Source of the DNA: an uncultured bacterium
Lineage (GTDB): Bacteria > Zixibacteria > MSB-5A5 > GN15 > FEB-12
Length of the DNA: 64,000 bases
Reading direction: 5' to 3'
Assembly (NCBI GenBank): GCA_965372795.1
Contig: CBDVDR010000004.1
Coordinates: 128,001 to 192,000, forward strand
The notes under the pieces were generated by a model, which saw only the letters and a program-made list of their open reading frames with translations, had not been told where the DNA came from and made no database searches. This document shows, piece by piece, positions 38,625 through 48,920 of this stretch. The translations under genes were made by a program, and so were the position numbers. Positions within the stretch are counted from its first letter, which is position 1. Each line of letters starts with the position of its first letter.

Positions 38625-39959
38625 ATGAAACAAATAAATCGCAGAAAATTTATAAAAAATTTTTCGACCCTTACCAGCGGCGTATTGTTTGGCGGATCTC
38701 TTCTTAGCCCGTATAATTTTGCCTTAGCTCAAACCAGCCGTAACTACAAATCATCTATTTATATTGCCAAAAACGGTACCCCCGAGGAGAATGTAAACAA
38801 AGTCATTCAAATGAAATTTGGCAGTATTGAGCAATTTATAGGATATGATGATGTCGTAATTATAAACCCGAACGGACAATGGCATAGTCAAGGGGCTACA
38901 AACTGCGAAACTATCATGGGTTTGATTAATCTGGTTCTGAATCGACCCGGCGGTTTCGACGGAGAAATTATAGTTACTGAAAATACCCAGTTTCAGACTC
39001 ATGGCTATTGGGATGTTAGCTCAGCCGGTCTTATCAGAAACGGACCGTATAATTTTCAAGATATGATTTCATATTACCAAAATTTGGGACATAGCAATGT
39101 TACCGGAGTCAGACTATGGCGTCAAATTGATGATCCTGAAAATTGGCCCGTGATATCATCACCTGCCGATGGACAGGGCTGGGTCAGACCCGAATGGGTA
39201 TCACCGACTACAGGCTGTTTACTATATCTTCCTTATCCTGTAATTCGATCTCCTTATTCTAACCGATTAATTGATCTTAAAAACGGGGTTTATGAAAACG
39301 GTTACAATCAAAATGTCAGTGTAAAATTTATTAAAATGCCAACCTTGAATAATCACGGCTGGAGCGGAGACCAGGACTATGCCGGCATTACCAGCGCTGT
39401 AAAATCATTTTTGGGAATCACCGAACTTGAAGGCGATTACCGCGGAGCCTTTGCCGATGGCCACCGCCATATGCATACTTATGATGACTTCTGCCATGGT
39501 AATACTATCAGTCTCAAAGCTTTTACTGCCGGAGAAGCGGTGGGGGCTTGGTTGAACTATTGCCGGATGCCCGATGCTATCCTCACTACCGCCGAATGGG
39601 TTGGCTGGGAAAGCAGAATTGATGCCGGGGCAGTTAATGCTAAAACAGTAGGGCTGGGTGATGATCCGGCGACCCTTGATTACTATATGAGCAAGTATGT
39701 TCTGTGGCCTACTCACACCGAACAATTATATTTCGATCCTAACTATGATATAGCAAATAATAGAACCCGACAAACAATAAACGGCTGTATGCAAATGGGA
39801 TTCGGAACCACCGATGAAGAACTGATCGCCGCATATATATATGATTATAACCAACCGGTAACATTCCGATTTGAAATTGACCGGATGATTAAAAAATTCC
39901 GGGATGGTGAAGCTACCGAACAGGATGTTCTTAATCTGATAGATTCCTTTAATCAATAA
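38625..39959 (+). CDS. DUF362-domain protein with twin-Arg signal (paralog of the upstream gene)
   Basis: INRRKFIK...ALAQ; VIINPN; KMPTLNNH; TSAVKSFLG; DDPATLD. Shares YPVxxSxYS..IDLKxG with the upstream ORF. Confidence 0.75.
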   Translation: MKQINRRKFIKNFSTLTSGVLFGGSLLSPYNFALAQTSRNYKSSIYIAKNGTPEENVNKVIQMKFGSIEQFIGYDDVVIINPNGQWHSQGATNCETIMGLINLVLNRPGGFDGEIIVTENTQFQTHGYWDVSSAGLIRNGPYNFQDMISYYQNLGHSNVTGVRLWRQIDDPENWPVISSPADGQGWVRPEWVSPTTGCLLYLPYPVIRSPYSNRLIDLKNGVYENGYNQNVSVKFIKMPTLNNHGWSGDQDYAGITSAVKSFLGITELEGDYRGAFADGHRHMHTYDDFCHGNTISLKAFTAGEAVGAWLNYCRMPDAILTTAEWVGWESRIDAGAVNAKTVGLGDDPATLDYYMSKYVLWPTHTEQLYFDPNYDIANNRTRQTINGCMQMGFGTTDEELIAAYIYDYNQPVTFRFEIDRMIKKFRDGEATEQDVLNLIDSFNQ

Positions 39960-39985
39960 TTTTTGACATAGATTTTTTATAAGGC

Positions 39986-40681
39986 ATGGGCAACAAATAT
40001 CTCTCAAAACTAAATTTTCTCGGGAGTTTAATTAATAAGAAAAACTATAACGGCTTTTTCTATGAATTAACAAAAATGCTTCCCTTCTGGTTATATCGGT
40101 TTAATGCCGGATGCATTATGAAAACCGACAATCATAAAATTATAACCCGCGAAAACAAACGCTTTGTATTTATGGATAGTACCCTTGAGGATATAGATGA
40201 AATTGCTTCTTTTTCAGAACTTCCAAAATACCATATCGCTAACAGATTTAAAAATGGTGATTCGTGCTATCTGGGTAAAGACCTTGAGAATAACAATAAA
40301 ATTGTCGCTACTCTCTGGTATCATGCCGGTCCGGCCTACATAAAAGGCTTCGGCTATAAACTTCTAAATGAACCTAATGACACTTATCTTTACAACGGAT
40401 TATCCGCTCCTGAAGTTAGATTAACCGGAATATTCAATACTCTGATGAAAGAGATACATGAATACCGTCAAAAACAAGGCTGTAAAACGTTTTTTGCTTT
40501 GATCGAATTTTGGAATAATGTTTCGTTTCGATATCATACCCGGCTGAATTATGAAGTTCTTCACAAAATTTTCTATATTAAAATTCTGATCTTTAGATTT
40601 TCAATTATGATCGATGAAAAGTCAAAGAAAAAGAAAATTCACCTGTTCTTTTCTGACCCTGAGCAAATGCACAAATTATAA
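39986..40681 (+). CDS. GNAT-like N-acetyltransferase domain protein
   Basis: RFKNGDSCY, YLYNGLSAPEVRLTGIF (motif A-like), NNVSFRYHTRLNY (motif B-like). Confidence 0.65.
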   Translation: MGNKYLSKLNFLGSLINKKNYNGFFYELTKMLPFWLYRFNAGCIMKTDNHKIITRENKRFVFMDSTLEDIDEIASFSELPKYHIANRFKNGDSCYLGKDLENNNKIVATLWYHAGPAYIKGFGYKLLNEPNDTYLYNGLSAPEVRLTGIFNTLMKEIHEYRQKQGCKTFFALIEFWNNVSFRYHTRLNYEVLHKIFYIKILIFRFSIMIDEKSKKKKIHLFFSDPEQMHKL

Positions 40682-40824
40682 CTATTCAATTATATTTCGT
40701 TTATCAAACGAAATATAATCTTAGAAAGTTACAAACTATCACTTCATAAAAAATAGTAGATTTTAAATTTAGTATATGATATTTAAAAGAAGGAAAAAAC
40801 ATTCGGATAACCGATAAACTTACA

Positions 40825-42330
40825 ATGGAAAACGTAAAAAGCAGACTTGTCAAAAATATGCTCTCTAATTGGGCTGGAACAGTTATCGGAGCTGCGATAG
40901 CCTTATTGATGGCACCTTTTCTGGTCCATACTCTTGGTAAAGATGAGTATGGCGTCTGGGTCCTGATTTTTTCAATTGTCTCATATACAAATTTCTTTGA
41001 TGCCGGCATGAAACAAAGCCTGGCGAGATATTTCCCTAAATATTACGGTACCGGCGATTATGAGAATTTAAATAAATCGATCAACTCAAGTTTATTAATT
41101 TATGTTATAACCGGCACTCTTGTAGTTGGTGTTACTTTGATAATTTCTTTCTTCTTTTTAGATCTGTTCAAACAACCCCCCGGCCTGTTACCGGCCATGA
41201 AAATATCGTTGATCTTTGTCGGTTTTAATAATGCTACTTACTTTTTCTTCATGCCTATTGCTGCTCTGGGTCCGTTTCATCGCTATGACCTTCTAAATTC
41301 AATCGAAATCACAAAATCAATCGTTGTTGCCCTGTTGATATATTATTTTGTTATCAATGGCTATGGCATTGTTGCTATGGGGGCCATTACCTTTACAACA
41401 AGCTTGATTGCTTTTATAATCAGACGAATAGTTCAACAGCGTTTAGTTCCCCAGATTGAAATTAATAGAAAATACGTCGACCGCGAGCAAATTCGTAATT
41501 TAGTAAATTATGGAGGCATCAGTTTTTTCATTGTGATCGCCTGGTTAATAATTTTTAACACCAGCAATATCTTAATCGGGATGTTTATATCAACGGCGGC
41601 TGTTACGATTTACTCTATCGCCGGAACTTTGATAAATTATCTGCGAGTAATCATCACTGCTATCGGTACCCCGCTTGTGCCAACGGTAAGCCATCTTGAG
41701 TCTACATCTCAATTTGAAGAGATAAATAAAATTTACAAAAAATCGACCCGTTATTTGTTTTTCCTATCGGCTTCAATCTGTCTTGGAATGTTTTTCTTTG
41801 TTGATGATTTTATAAATCTATGGATGGGACCCGGCTTCCAGGAAACAATTGAGATTTTGTATATCTTAATAATTCCGGCTTCAATTTATCTCCCCCAGAT
41901 CATGGCAAATTCGATTCTACTGGGAATTGGAAAACATAAGTCTTTGCTGATTATTTTAATCATCGAAGCGATCAGTAATATTATACTCAGTCTTATATTG
42001 ATTAGATATTATGGTATCTTCGGCGTAGCAATGGGAACTATCATTCCCCAGTCAATTATCTATATATTTATTTTCCCGATTATTTTCCACCGAATTATCA
42101 AAGCGGATATCAAACAGTTTTATATCCAAAATACAAAAATCATACTCTATTGCATTATTGTAATTGCTCCGATTGGCTACCTCTTAAATCAATATTTGAC
42201 TTTTGATAACTGGCTCGGTTTTATATTTAAAGTATTTATCGTAGGATTATTCGGATTAGGTTTGTTCTGGTTTAAAATAATTGAAGATGATGACAAATTA
42301 CGAGTCTTAAGAAAAATTAAAAAACAATAA
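40825..42330 (+). CDS. Polysaccharide flippase (Wzx/MOP family)
   Basis: About 14 hydrophobic segments; PFLVHTLGKDEYGVW, FINLWMG, YGIFGVAMGT. Confidence 0.9.
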   Translation: MENVKSRLVKNMLSNWAGTVIGAAIALLMAPFLVHTLGKDEYGVWVLIFSIVSYTNFFDAGMKQSLARYFPKYYGTGDYENLNKSINSSLLIYVITGTLVVGVTLIISFFFLDLFKQPPGLLPAMKISLIFVGFNNATYFFFMPIAALGPFHRYDLLNSIEITKSIVVALLIYYFVINGYGIVAMGAITFTTSLIAFIIRRIVQQRLVPQIEINRKYVDREQIRNLVNYGGISFFIVIAWLIIFNTSNILIGMFISTAAVTIYSIAGTLINYLRVIITAIGTPLVPTVSHLESTSQFEEINKIYKKSTRYLFFLSASICLGMFFFVDDFINLWMGPGFQETIEILYILIIPASIYLPQIMANSILLGIGKHKSLLIILIIEAISNIILSLILIRYYGIFGVAMGTIIPQSIIYIFIFPIIFHRIIKADIKQFYIQNTKIILYCIIVIAPIGYLLNQYLTFDNWLGFIFKVFIVGLFGLGLFWFKIIEDDDKLRVLRKIKKQ

Positions 42331-42357
42331 TTGTTAATATAAAATTGATGAAATTAA

Positions 42358-43875
42358 ATGAATAACAGTAATGCAAAAATTCTATTCTGCGGAGATTATT
42401 TCCCAAGCTGGCAGCCGGAAATTTCATTGCTTAATAGAATCAAATTTAATTTCACTGATACTAAATTTTCCTACTCAGAACGAAATAAATATATTGCTAA
42501 AGATGATTCGTTAATTAAAATAATTGCCAAGCCTTATATGAACATGAACGCCAAATCAATGGCGCATTTTCCATTTGAAAATTTATCAGAACTGTTTCAA
42601 ACTTCCGACCTTAACTGTCTAAACCTTGAGACTCCCCTGTCTGACGCAGGCAGCCCGATCCCGGAAAAATCATATAATTTGAAAAGTAGTCCGTTTTTTA
42701 TTGAAGGACTTTTAACCAACAATATCGGCTTTGTCTGTTTGGCTAACAATCATATTCTTGACTATGGTGATGAGAGCCTTCGACAAACCGTTGCCCTGCT
42801 GGATGAACACAGCCTTAAACATTCCGGTATTTGTAATAACATCAATAACTCACAGCAAGCTGCAATTGTTAACACCAAAGGCATCAAGCTTGGATTACTT
42901 TCTTATCTTGATGAAAATATTGTCGACCCCTCACCTGAAGTTTATTATTCCAATTTGCCCTACCCTTTCAAATTGGTAAAAGAAAATATTATTAAAGATA
43001 TTATTGAAACGAAAAAGAATTCCGACCATGTCATTGTAAATCTCCACTGGGGAACCGAGTGGAGTCACATCGAAACTCAAAACCAGCAAGAACTGGCGAG
43101 AAATTTGATTGATGCCGGAGCTACTGCTATAATCGGTCACCATCCTCATGTTATTCAGGGCATCGAAGAATACAACAACGGTTTGATTGCTTATAGTCTT
43201 GGAAATTTTTATATGTATCTGGGCGGAATTACCGGACAACGAACAAAAAACAGTTTCATCCTTGAGCTAAATTTATCCAAAGATAAAATCGATTCATATA
43301 AAATTCATCCAATAACTCAGAGCCAAACCATCCAGCCGATTCTTGCCGATTGCTTTGAGATTACCGATTTAAAAATTTCAGATCAACCGCAACAATGTAC
43401 GATTGATAAACTAAAACAATTCAAGGTCAGTTTTTTTGATTCAGGTAGTCAGTCAAACTCTCAATGGGCAAACAAGACAAACCTCGAACGAATACCTTTC
43501 AGGGAAAATTGGCAGTCTGAAAATTCTTTTATATCAATCGGTAAAGAGTTTTGTGGTAGATCACTTAAACAATCATATTTTTGTCATTCCGGCAATAAAA
43601 CCGGCATTGAAATAATTATTGGCAAACAAGCTATTAAAGAAGAGATAAATTTTTTAGTCGGATTCCCGGATTGGTTCGTAAAAACTACCAGACAGGTGAA
43701 ACTTGAATTTATTTTATTCCATGGTGAAAAAGAGATATATAAAAAGAATATTGAAAAAATAGACGGGTATGAAGAAATCAATATTAATCCTGAACTGTTA
43801 ATTTCAGACCAATCTGATTTAACAATAAAACTAATCGGCGATAAGCCGGAATTCACCTGTTTATTAGTTATATAA
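42358..43875 (+). CDS. CapA/PgsA (PGA_cap) family metallophosphoesterase with C-terminal extension
   Basis: CGD, NLETP, LANNHILDYG, LHWGTE, IGHHPHVIQG, YSLGNF. Confidence 0.88.
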   Translation: MNNSNAKILFCGDYFPSWQPEISLLNRIKFNFTDTKFSYSERNKYIAKDDSLIKIIAKPYMNMNAKSMAHFPFENLSELFQTSDLNCLNLETPLSDAGSPIPEKSYNLKSSPFFIEGLLTNNIGFVCLANNHILDYGDESLRQTVALLDEHSLKHSGICNNINNSQQAAIVNTKGIKLGLLSYLDENIVDPSPEVYYSNLPYPFKLVKENIIKDIIETKKNSDHVIVNLHWGTEWSHIETQNQQELARNLIDAGATAIIGHHPHVIQGIEEYNNGLIAYSLGNFYMYLGGITGQRTKNSFILELNLSKDKIDSYKIHPITQSQTIQPILADCFEITDLKISDQPQQCTIDKLKQFKVSFFDSGSQSNSQWANKTNLERIPFRENWQSENSFISIGKEFCGRSLKQSYFCHSGNKTGIEIIIGKQAIKEEINFLVGFPDWFVKTTRQVKLEFILFHGEKEIYKKNIEKIDGYEEININPELLISDQSDLTIKLIGDKPEFTCLLVI

Positions 43876-43884
43876 AAATTAAAA

Positions 43885-45270
43885 ATGAAAAACAGTAATT
43901 ACCAATTCATATCAACAAACCATATCACCTGGCTGGTGTTGATTCTTTATTGTATCATGGTAAGTGCCTCAATCCTGTTGTTTGAACCAATCGTACCAAT
44001 CCTGATGGTTGTTACGGTGCTTGCCATAATCAATTTAGTCTTACTGTTCCAATATCCTTCATGGGGATTATTCAGTTATTTATTAATTTTCCTGATGCGA
44101 CCGGGTGAGCTTTTCCCCGCTTTGGCTCCGCTTCGACTTGAATTAGTAGTGGGTGCTTTCGCGTTAGTATCGCTTTTCTTTAATCAGAAAAAATATGAAG
44201 GCAAAGTCAGAATTAAATATGACAACATCATAATTGCTATGTTGTTCATGCTGGTGGCGATGTGTCTCTCGATTTACGGTTCTTTTGAAATGACAAAAAC
44301 AGTCGACACAGCTATTAAATTTGTAAAGCTGGTTGTGTTTTACTATCTGATCGTCAGCTTAATTGATGACAAAAAGAAATTTATAACCTTTATGTGGGTA
44401 TTTATTTTAATAATAACCTATATGTCTTTTGACTCTTTCAGACTTTACCTTTCCGGCGGCTTTATCCATAGAATGAATGTTGACCGCCTTCAGGGAACAA
44501 CATCCGCCGCTGGTGACCCGAACTCGCTGGCAACCACGCTTATTGTAACGATTCCATTAATCCTTGCTTTAGCCACCTATCACAAAGAAAAATTAATAAA
44601 ATTTTGTCTGTATAGCTTAAGCTTATTGATGATTGCCCTTATGGTGATAACCGGCTCAAGAACCGGACTGGTTGCTTTCATAGGCATTATTATAGCTGGT
44701 TTTATTTACTCGAGGAAAAAATTCCTTTATGGTACCGTGATAATCATGGTAATGATTGTCGGGTGGGTATCTTTGCCTGATCAGTACCGAGAACGGTATA
44801 TGCTTTTCTCAGAGATTTCTCAGGATGTTGACCAGGTCTCATCAGGAAGATGGGAAATTTGGAAAGCCGGTATCAATATGATTCCTGACCGGCCAATCCT
44901 GGGAGTCGGCGCCGGTGCCTTTGCCTGGGCTTACGGAAGCGGTCGCTATGGTCCGCCCCAGCACATGCAGTCACATAATCTATATATTGAAATATTTGCC
45001 ACCATGGGTATAATTGGTTTTATAGCCTGTTCGATGTTTTTATTCTTTTTGATAAAAAAATTGAAAATATTAGAACAAAGTGAGTTTCCCGAGGATAAAA
45101 AATGGATTAGTATTTTCAGCAGAAACTTTATTCTATCAATTATTTCATTGCTTATTGCGGGATTATTCGGACATAACCTCTTACGATATACCTGGTACAT
45201 GATCGCTGCTTTGGCTACGGTAATGTATTATATTGCTTTTAAAATCTCTGAAGAAGAAGTTGTCGAGTAA
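43885..45270 (+). CDS. O-antigen ligase/polymerase (Wzy_C) family membrane protein
   Basis: Multi-TM; DPNSLA, TGSRTG, RWEIWK, PILGVGAG, HNLYIE. Confidence 0.9.
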   Translation: MKNSNYQFISTNHITWLVLILYCIMVSASILLFEPIVPILMVVTVLAIINLVLLFQYPSWGLFSYLLIFLMRPGELFPALAPLRLELVVGAFALVSLFFNQKKYEGKVRIKYDNIIIAMLFMLVAMCLSIYGSFEMTKTVDTAIKFVKLVVFYYLIVSLIDDKKKFITFMWVFILIITYMSFDSFRLYLSGGFIHRMNVDRLQGTTSAAGDPNSLATTLIVTIPLILALATYHKEKLIKFCLYSLSLLMIALMVITGSRTGLVAFIGIIIAGFIYSRKKFLYGTVIIMVMIVGWVSLPDQYRERYMLFSEISQDVDQVSSGRWEIWKAGINMIPDRPILGVGAGAFAWAYGSGRYGPPQHMQSHNLYIEIFATMGIIGFIACSMFLFFLIKKLKILEQSEFPEDKKWISIFSRNFILSIISLLIAGLFGHNLLRYTWYMIAALATVMYYIAFKISEEEVVE

Positions 45271-46616
45271 TGGATATTTTTGAATACATATCAAGGAATC
45301 TAATTATTCCGTTTTATAACCGTCGCCATGGCATCAACAACACTAAATTCTATGATGCTCTGCTCACAAGTCAATTTGATTCCGCTGAAAAAATAAAATC
45401 AGATCAATGGATCAAATTAAAAGAACTTCTAAATTTCTCCTATAATTCAAATCTCTTTTATAAAGAGCATTTTGACAAAGCCGGTGTCCAACCCGATGAC
45501 ATTAAAAACTGGGATGATTTTACTAAGATACCGTTGTTGACCAAGGATCATCTTAGAAATAACCTTGATATAATGATCTCACAGGGGTTCACTAAAGAAA
45601 ACCTTACCCATAAACGTACCGGTGGATCTACCGGCGTTCCGGTGCATCTTTATATGGATCAGAATTCAGTCAGCTTCAAACACGCCGCCGCCCAACGCCA
45701 TAATAAGTGGGCAAATTATCTGCCGGGCATGAAACGCGCCGCTCTCTGGGGTGACACTGATAAAAAATACAGTCTGAAAGAAACTATCTATATGAAATTG
45801 TATGACCGTACAATTTTCCTGGATACTTTAATGATGGATGATCCCTACCTGCTCGATTTTGTGAAACAACTTAGAAAATTTAAACCAAAATCTTTGGTCG
45901 GGCATGCTCATTCTTTATTCTTTTTGGCACAATTTTTTAAAGATAAGAACATAAATGACATAAAATTTAATGGCATCATCACAACGGCTGAAACATTATC
46001 CCATGCCGAACGAAAAGTTATCGAAGAAGTTTTTGGCAATATCGTGTTCGACCGGTATGGATGTGAGGAGCTTTCCTTGATTGCTTCCGAATGCGAGGCT
46101 CATGAAGGCTTACATATAAATTCCGAAGGACTATATGTGGAAGTTATCGGCGGCAGCGATACCGAACCGGGCGAGTTGGTAATTACTGACCTGACTAACA
46201 AAGGGATGCCCTTCATTCGCTATGAGATCGGCGACATGGCTACCATGCTTGAAAAACCTTGCTCTTGTGGACGAGGTCTCCCCCGTCTTGGTAAAGTCAT
46301 GGGGCGAACCTCAGATTTCCTTTATACTCCCGAAGGTAAAATGATTTCCGGTATTTCGATTCTTGATACTTTTGTTATTCATATCAAAGGATTTAAACAA
46401 GTCCAGATCATTCAGAACGAAATTGGCAAAATTATATTGAAAATTATAAAGGATGAAAACTTCGGCGAACACAGTTTACAGGCCCTTAAAGAAACTGTCC
46501 CAAAAATCTTTGGACCAAAGATGAAATACCAAATCGAATTTGTCGATAAAATAACCATGACGGCACGTGGTAAATTCCAGTTTACTATTTGTAATATTGA
46601 GAATAAGAGGATATAA
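45270..46616 (+). CDS. Phenylacetate-CoA ligase-like adenylate-forming enzyme (CapK-like)
   Basis: IPLLTK, TGGSTG, DRYGCEE, MPFIRYEIGD, GRTSD. Confidence 0.88.
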   Translation: MDIFEYISRNLIIPFYNRRHGINNTKFYDALLTSQFDSAEKIKSDQWIKLKELLNFSYNSNLFYKEHFDKAGVQPDDIKNWDDFTKIPLLTKDHLRNNLDIMISQGFTKENLTHKRTGGSTGVPVHLYMDQNSVSFKHAAAQRHNKWANYLPGMKRAALWGDTDKKYSLKETIYMKLYDRTIFLDTLMMDDPYLLDFVKQLRKFKPKSLVGHAHSLFFLAQFFKDKNINDIKFNGIITTAETLSHAERKVIEEVFGNIVFDRYGCEELSLIASECEAHEGLHINSEGLYVEVIGGSDTEPGELVITDLTNKGMPFIRYEIGDMATMLEKPCSCGRGLPRLGKVMGRTSDFLYTPEGKMISGISILDTFVIHIKGFKQVQIIQNEIGKIILKIIKDENFGEHSLQALKETVPKIFGPKMKYQIEFVDKITMTARGKFQFTICNIENKRI

Positions 46617-46624
46617 TTATTACT

Positions 46625-47809
46625 ATGGGTTGGGTAGAAATTACAATCACAATTTTGTTATTCCCATTATCAGTCGCAGTAGGATATCTGTATTTTATGG
46701 CGATAGTCGGGGCTATATTTAAAAAAAAATATTCGCCCTTAACAAAAGACTATAATTTCTTAATTCTTATACCGGCCCACAACGAAGAGGAAGTCATTGC
46801 CGACACCTTGAAAAGTGTACTAAACCTAAAAACCACCGGCAATGTTGACATTGTTGTAATCGCTGATAACTGTACCGACAAAACTGCTGAGATTGTAAAA
46901 TCGTTCAACATCAACCTGCTGGAAAGATTCGATACTGTCGAAAAAGGAAAAGGTTATGCCTTAAGATGGGGCATGTCTCAATATGATCTGAATAATTATG
47001 ATGGAGTTGCCATCATTGATGCCGACACTATTACCGAACCGGATATGCTAACAGCGATGGCGGAATCTTTTGAAAACGGATATGGAGCCGTGCAATTATA
47101 CTATGGCTTTGTAGCCTCTCAAAAAACGCATCTTTCATATTTGCAAAGCATGGCAAGTATCTCAGAAAATATCCTTTTTTATAAAGCCCGATCTATTTTA
47201 AAACTGCCGATTCTTCTGCGCGGCTCAGGCATGGCAATCAAATCTGAAATACTAATTAAACATCCCTGGGACTCTTTTTCTATTACCGAAGATGTTGACT
47301 ATGCGGTTAACCTGTTAAAAAAATCTATCAAAATCGACTGCAACACTAATAGCTCAGTTTATTCTGCCGCAACCTCTTCCTATAAACAGTCGGCCAGCCA
47401 AAAAATCCGCTGGGCAAGTGGGACATTTCAATTGATAAAAGAAAAAGTATTCGGATTGATTATTCAAGGCCTTAAAAAAGGCAAACCGGAACTTATCGAA
47501 CTCGGCTTTTCATTCTTTCTCTTAAGCAAACCGCTTTTGATTTATTTAACATCCTTAGTATTGCTGGTATCATTTTTTGCAAATGAAAATTTTCTGCCAA
47601 TTTTTATAAGCTTGTGCATCTTATTGATCATGTTTCTAATTCTGTATAATATCTTAGGTATATTTTATATTAAAAATAAAGCCGCAGCTTTCAAAGCTTT
47701 GTTCTTTATCCCGATTTATGGCTTTTGGTTTTTATTCATTCAGATTGTGGCAATCTTTAAATCCGGCAAATTGGGCTGGGTTCGGACTGAAAGGAATAAA
47801 GATAATTAA
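46625..47809 (+). CDS. Glycosyltransferase family 2 (membrane-embedded, QxxRW type)
   Basis: IPAHNEE, ADNCTD, GKGYAL, IDAD, TED, QKIRW. Confidence 0.92.
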   Translation: MGWVEITITILLFPLSVAVGYLYFMAIVGAIFKKKYSPLTKDYNFLILIPAHNEEEVIADTLKSVLNLKTTGNVDIVVIADNCTDKTAEIVKSFNINLLERFDTVEKGKGYALRWGMSQYDLNNYDGVAIIDADTITEPDMLTAMAESFENGYGAVQLYYGFVASQKTHLSYLQSMASISENILFYKARSILKLPILLRGSGMAIKSEILIKHPWDSFSITEDVDYAVNLLKKSIKIDCNTNSSVYSAATSSYKQSASQKIRWASGTFQLIKEKVFGLIIQGLKKGKPELIELGFSFFLLSKPLLIYLTSLVLLVSFFANENFLPIFISLCILLIMFLILYNILGIFYIKNKAAAFKALFFIPIYGFWFLFIQIVAIFKSGKLGWVRTERNKDN

Positions 47810-47810
47810 G

Positions 47811-48920
47811 ATGAAGATTCTTCACCTGAGAGCCTCAAATTTTTACGGAGGACCGGAACGACAGATTCATTTCCACGCCAAAAAAGCAAAAGAATCAAAC
47901 CTCGATATAACTATATGCTCATTCTCAGAAAACGGACAACAACCGGATTTTTTAAATGTTATCGCTGCTGACAATTTAAAGACTCATACCTTTAAGGTAA
48001 AAAACGCCTACGATTTTACAGCAGTCAAAACTCTAAAAGATTACCTGATTAAAAATAACATTGATATTGTTTGTTCCCATGATTACCGTTCGCACCTCAT
48101 TGCCTATTTATCGCTTAGAAAATTAAATAAAAAATGGGTAACTTTTTCACGGGGCTGGACAGCTGAAAATTTTAAAATTAAGCTTTATCATACGATTGAA
48201 AAATTCATCGTAAGATTCGCCGATAAAATCGTAGCGGTCTCAGGTGGTCAAAAAAAACGACTTGAAAAGCTTTTTATAAATCCCGACAAAATCCTCGTTG
48301 CCCATAACGCCATTGACCCGGCGGCATTTGATACTTTAGATCCGATAAATTTACAATTAAAATATAAATTCCCATCTGATTCAATTGTCGCAATCACAGG
48401 CGGGCGATTCAGTCCGGAAAAAGGTCAATTGGTTCTGATTGATGCGGCTAAAATTGCTCTTGAACAAAACAAATCTCTGCGTTTCATTCTTTTCGGCGAT
48501 GGACCATTACTTGAAGAAGCCCGACAGCGAATATCAAAATACAATTTGGATCAATATATAATCACTCCCGGATTTGAAAAAAACTTGATTATGCACCTCA
48601 AGGGAGCAACCTGTTTAATAAATCCTTCACTGTCAGAAGGTCTCCCGAATATTGTTCTTGAGGCTATGGCGATGAAAATCCCGTCTATCGCTACATCTGT
48701 GGGCGGAGTTCCGGAAATGATTACCGATGATTACAACGGTATTTTAGTTGAGCCTGACAATCCCGCCAAATTAGCCGAGGCAATTTTAAAATTTGCTTCT
48801 AACATGGAGAGAAACAATATTCTATCCGAAAACGGTTATAAGACTATTATTGAAAAATTTAATTTTGACACTCAATTTAAGACTCTAAGTAACCTTTACA
48901 GGCAATTATTGGATGAATAA
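47811..48920 (+). CDS. Glycosyltransferase family 4 (start corrected to 47811)
   Basis: YGGPERQ, GRFSPEKG, PSLSEGLPNIVLEAM, GGVPE. Confidence 0.92.
   Translation: MKILHLRASNFYGGPERQIHFHAKKAKESNLDITICSFSENGQQPDFLNVIAADNLKTHTFKVKNAYDFTAVKTLKDYLIKNNIDIVCSHDYRSHLIAYLSLRKLNKKWVTFSRGWTAENFKIKLYHTIEKFIVRFADKIVAVSGGQKKRLEKLFINPDKILVAHNAIDPAAFDTLDPINLQLKYKFPSDSIVAITGGRFSPEKGQLVLIDAAKIALEQNKSLRFILFGDGPLLEEARQRISKYNLDQYIITPGFEKNLIMHLKGATCLINPSLSEGLPNIVLEAMAMKIPSIATSVGGVPEMITDDYNGILVEPDNPAKLAEAILKFASNMERNNILSENGYKTIIEKFNFDTQFKTLSNLYRQLLDE

Noticed and set aside
42358..43875. Poly-gamma-glutamate capsule synthesis
   Set aside because: Only a CapA-family domain is present; no CapB/CapC ligase genes are in the window.
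45270..46616. Phenylacetate catabolism (paaK)
   Set aside because: No other paa genes; the gene is embedded between wzy and glycosyltransferases.
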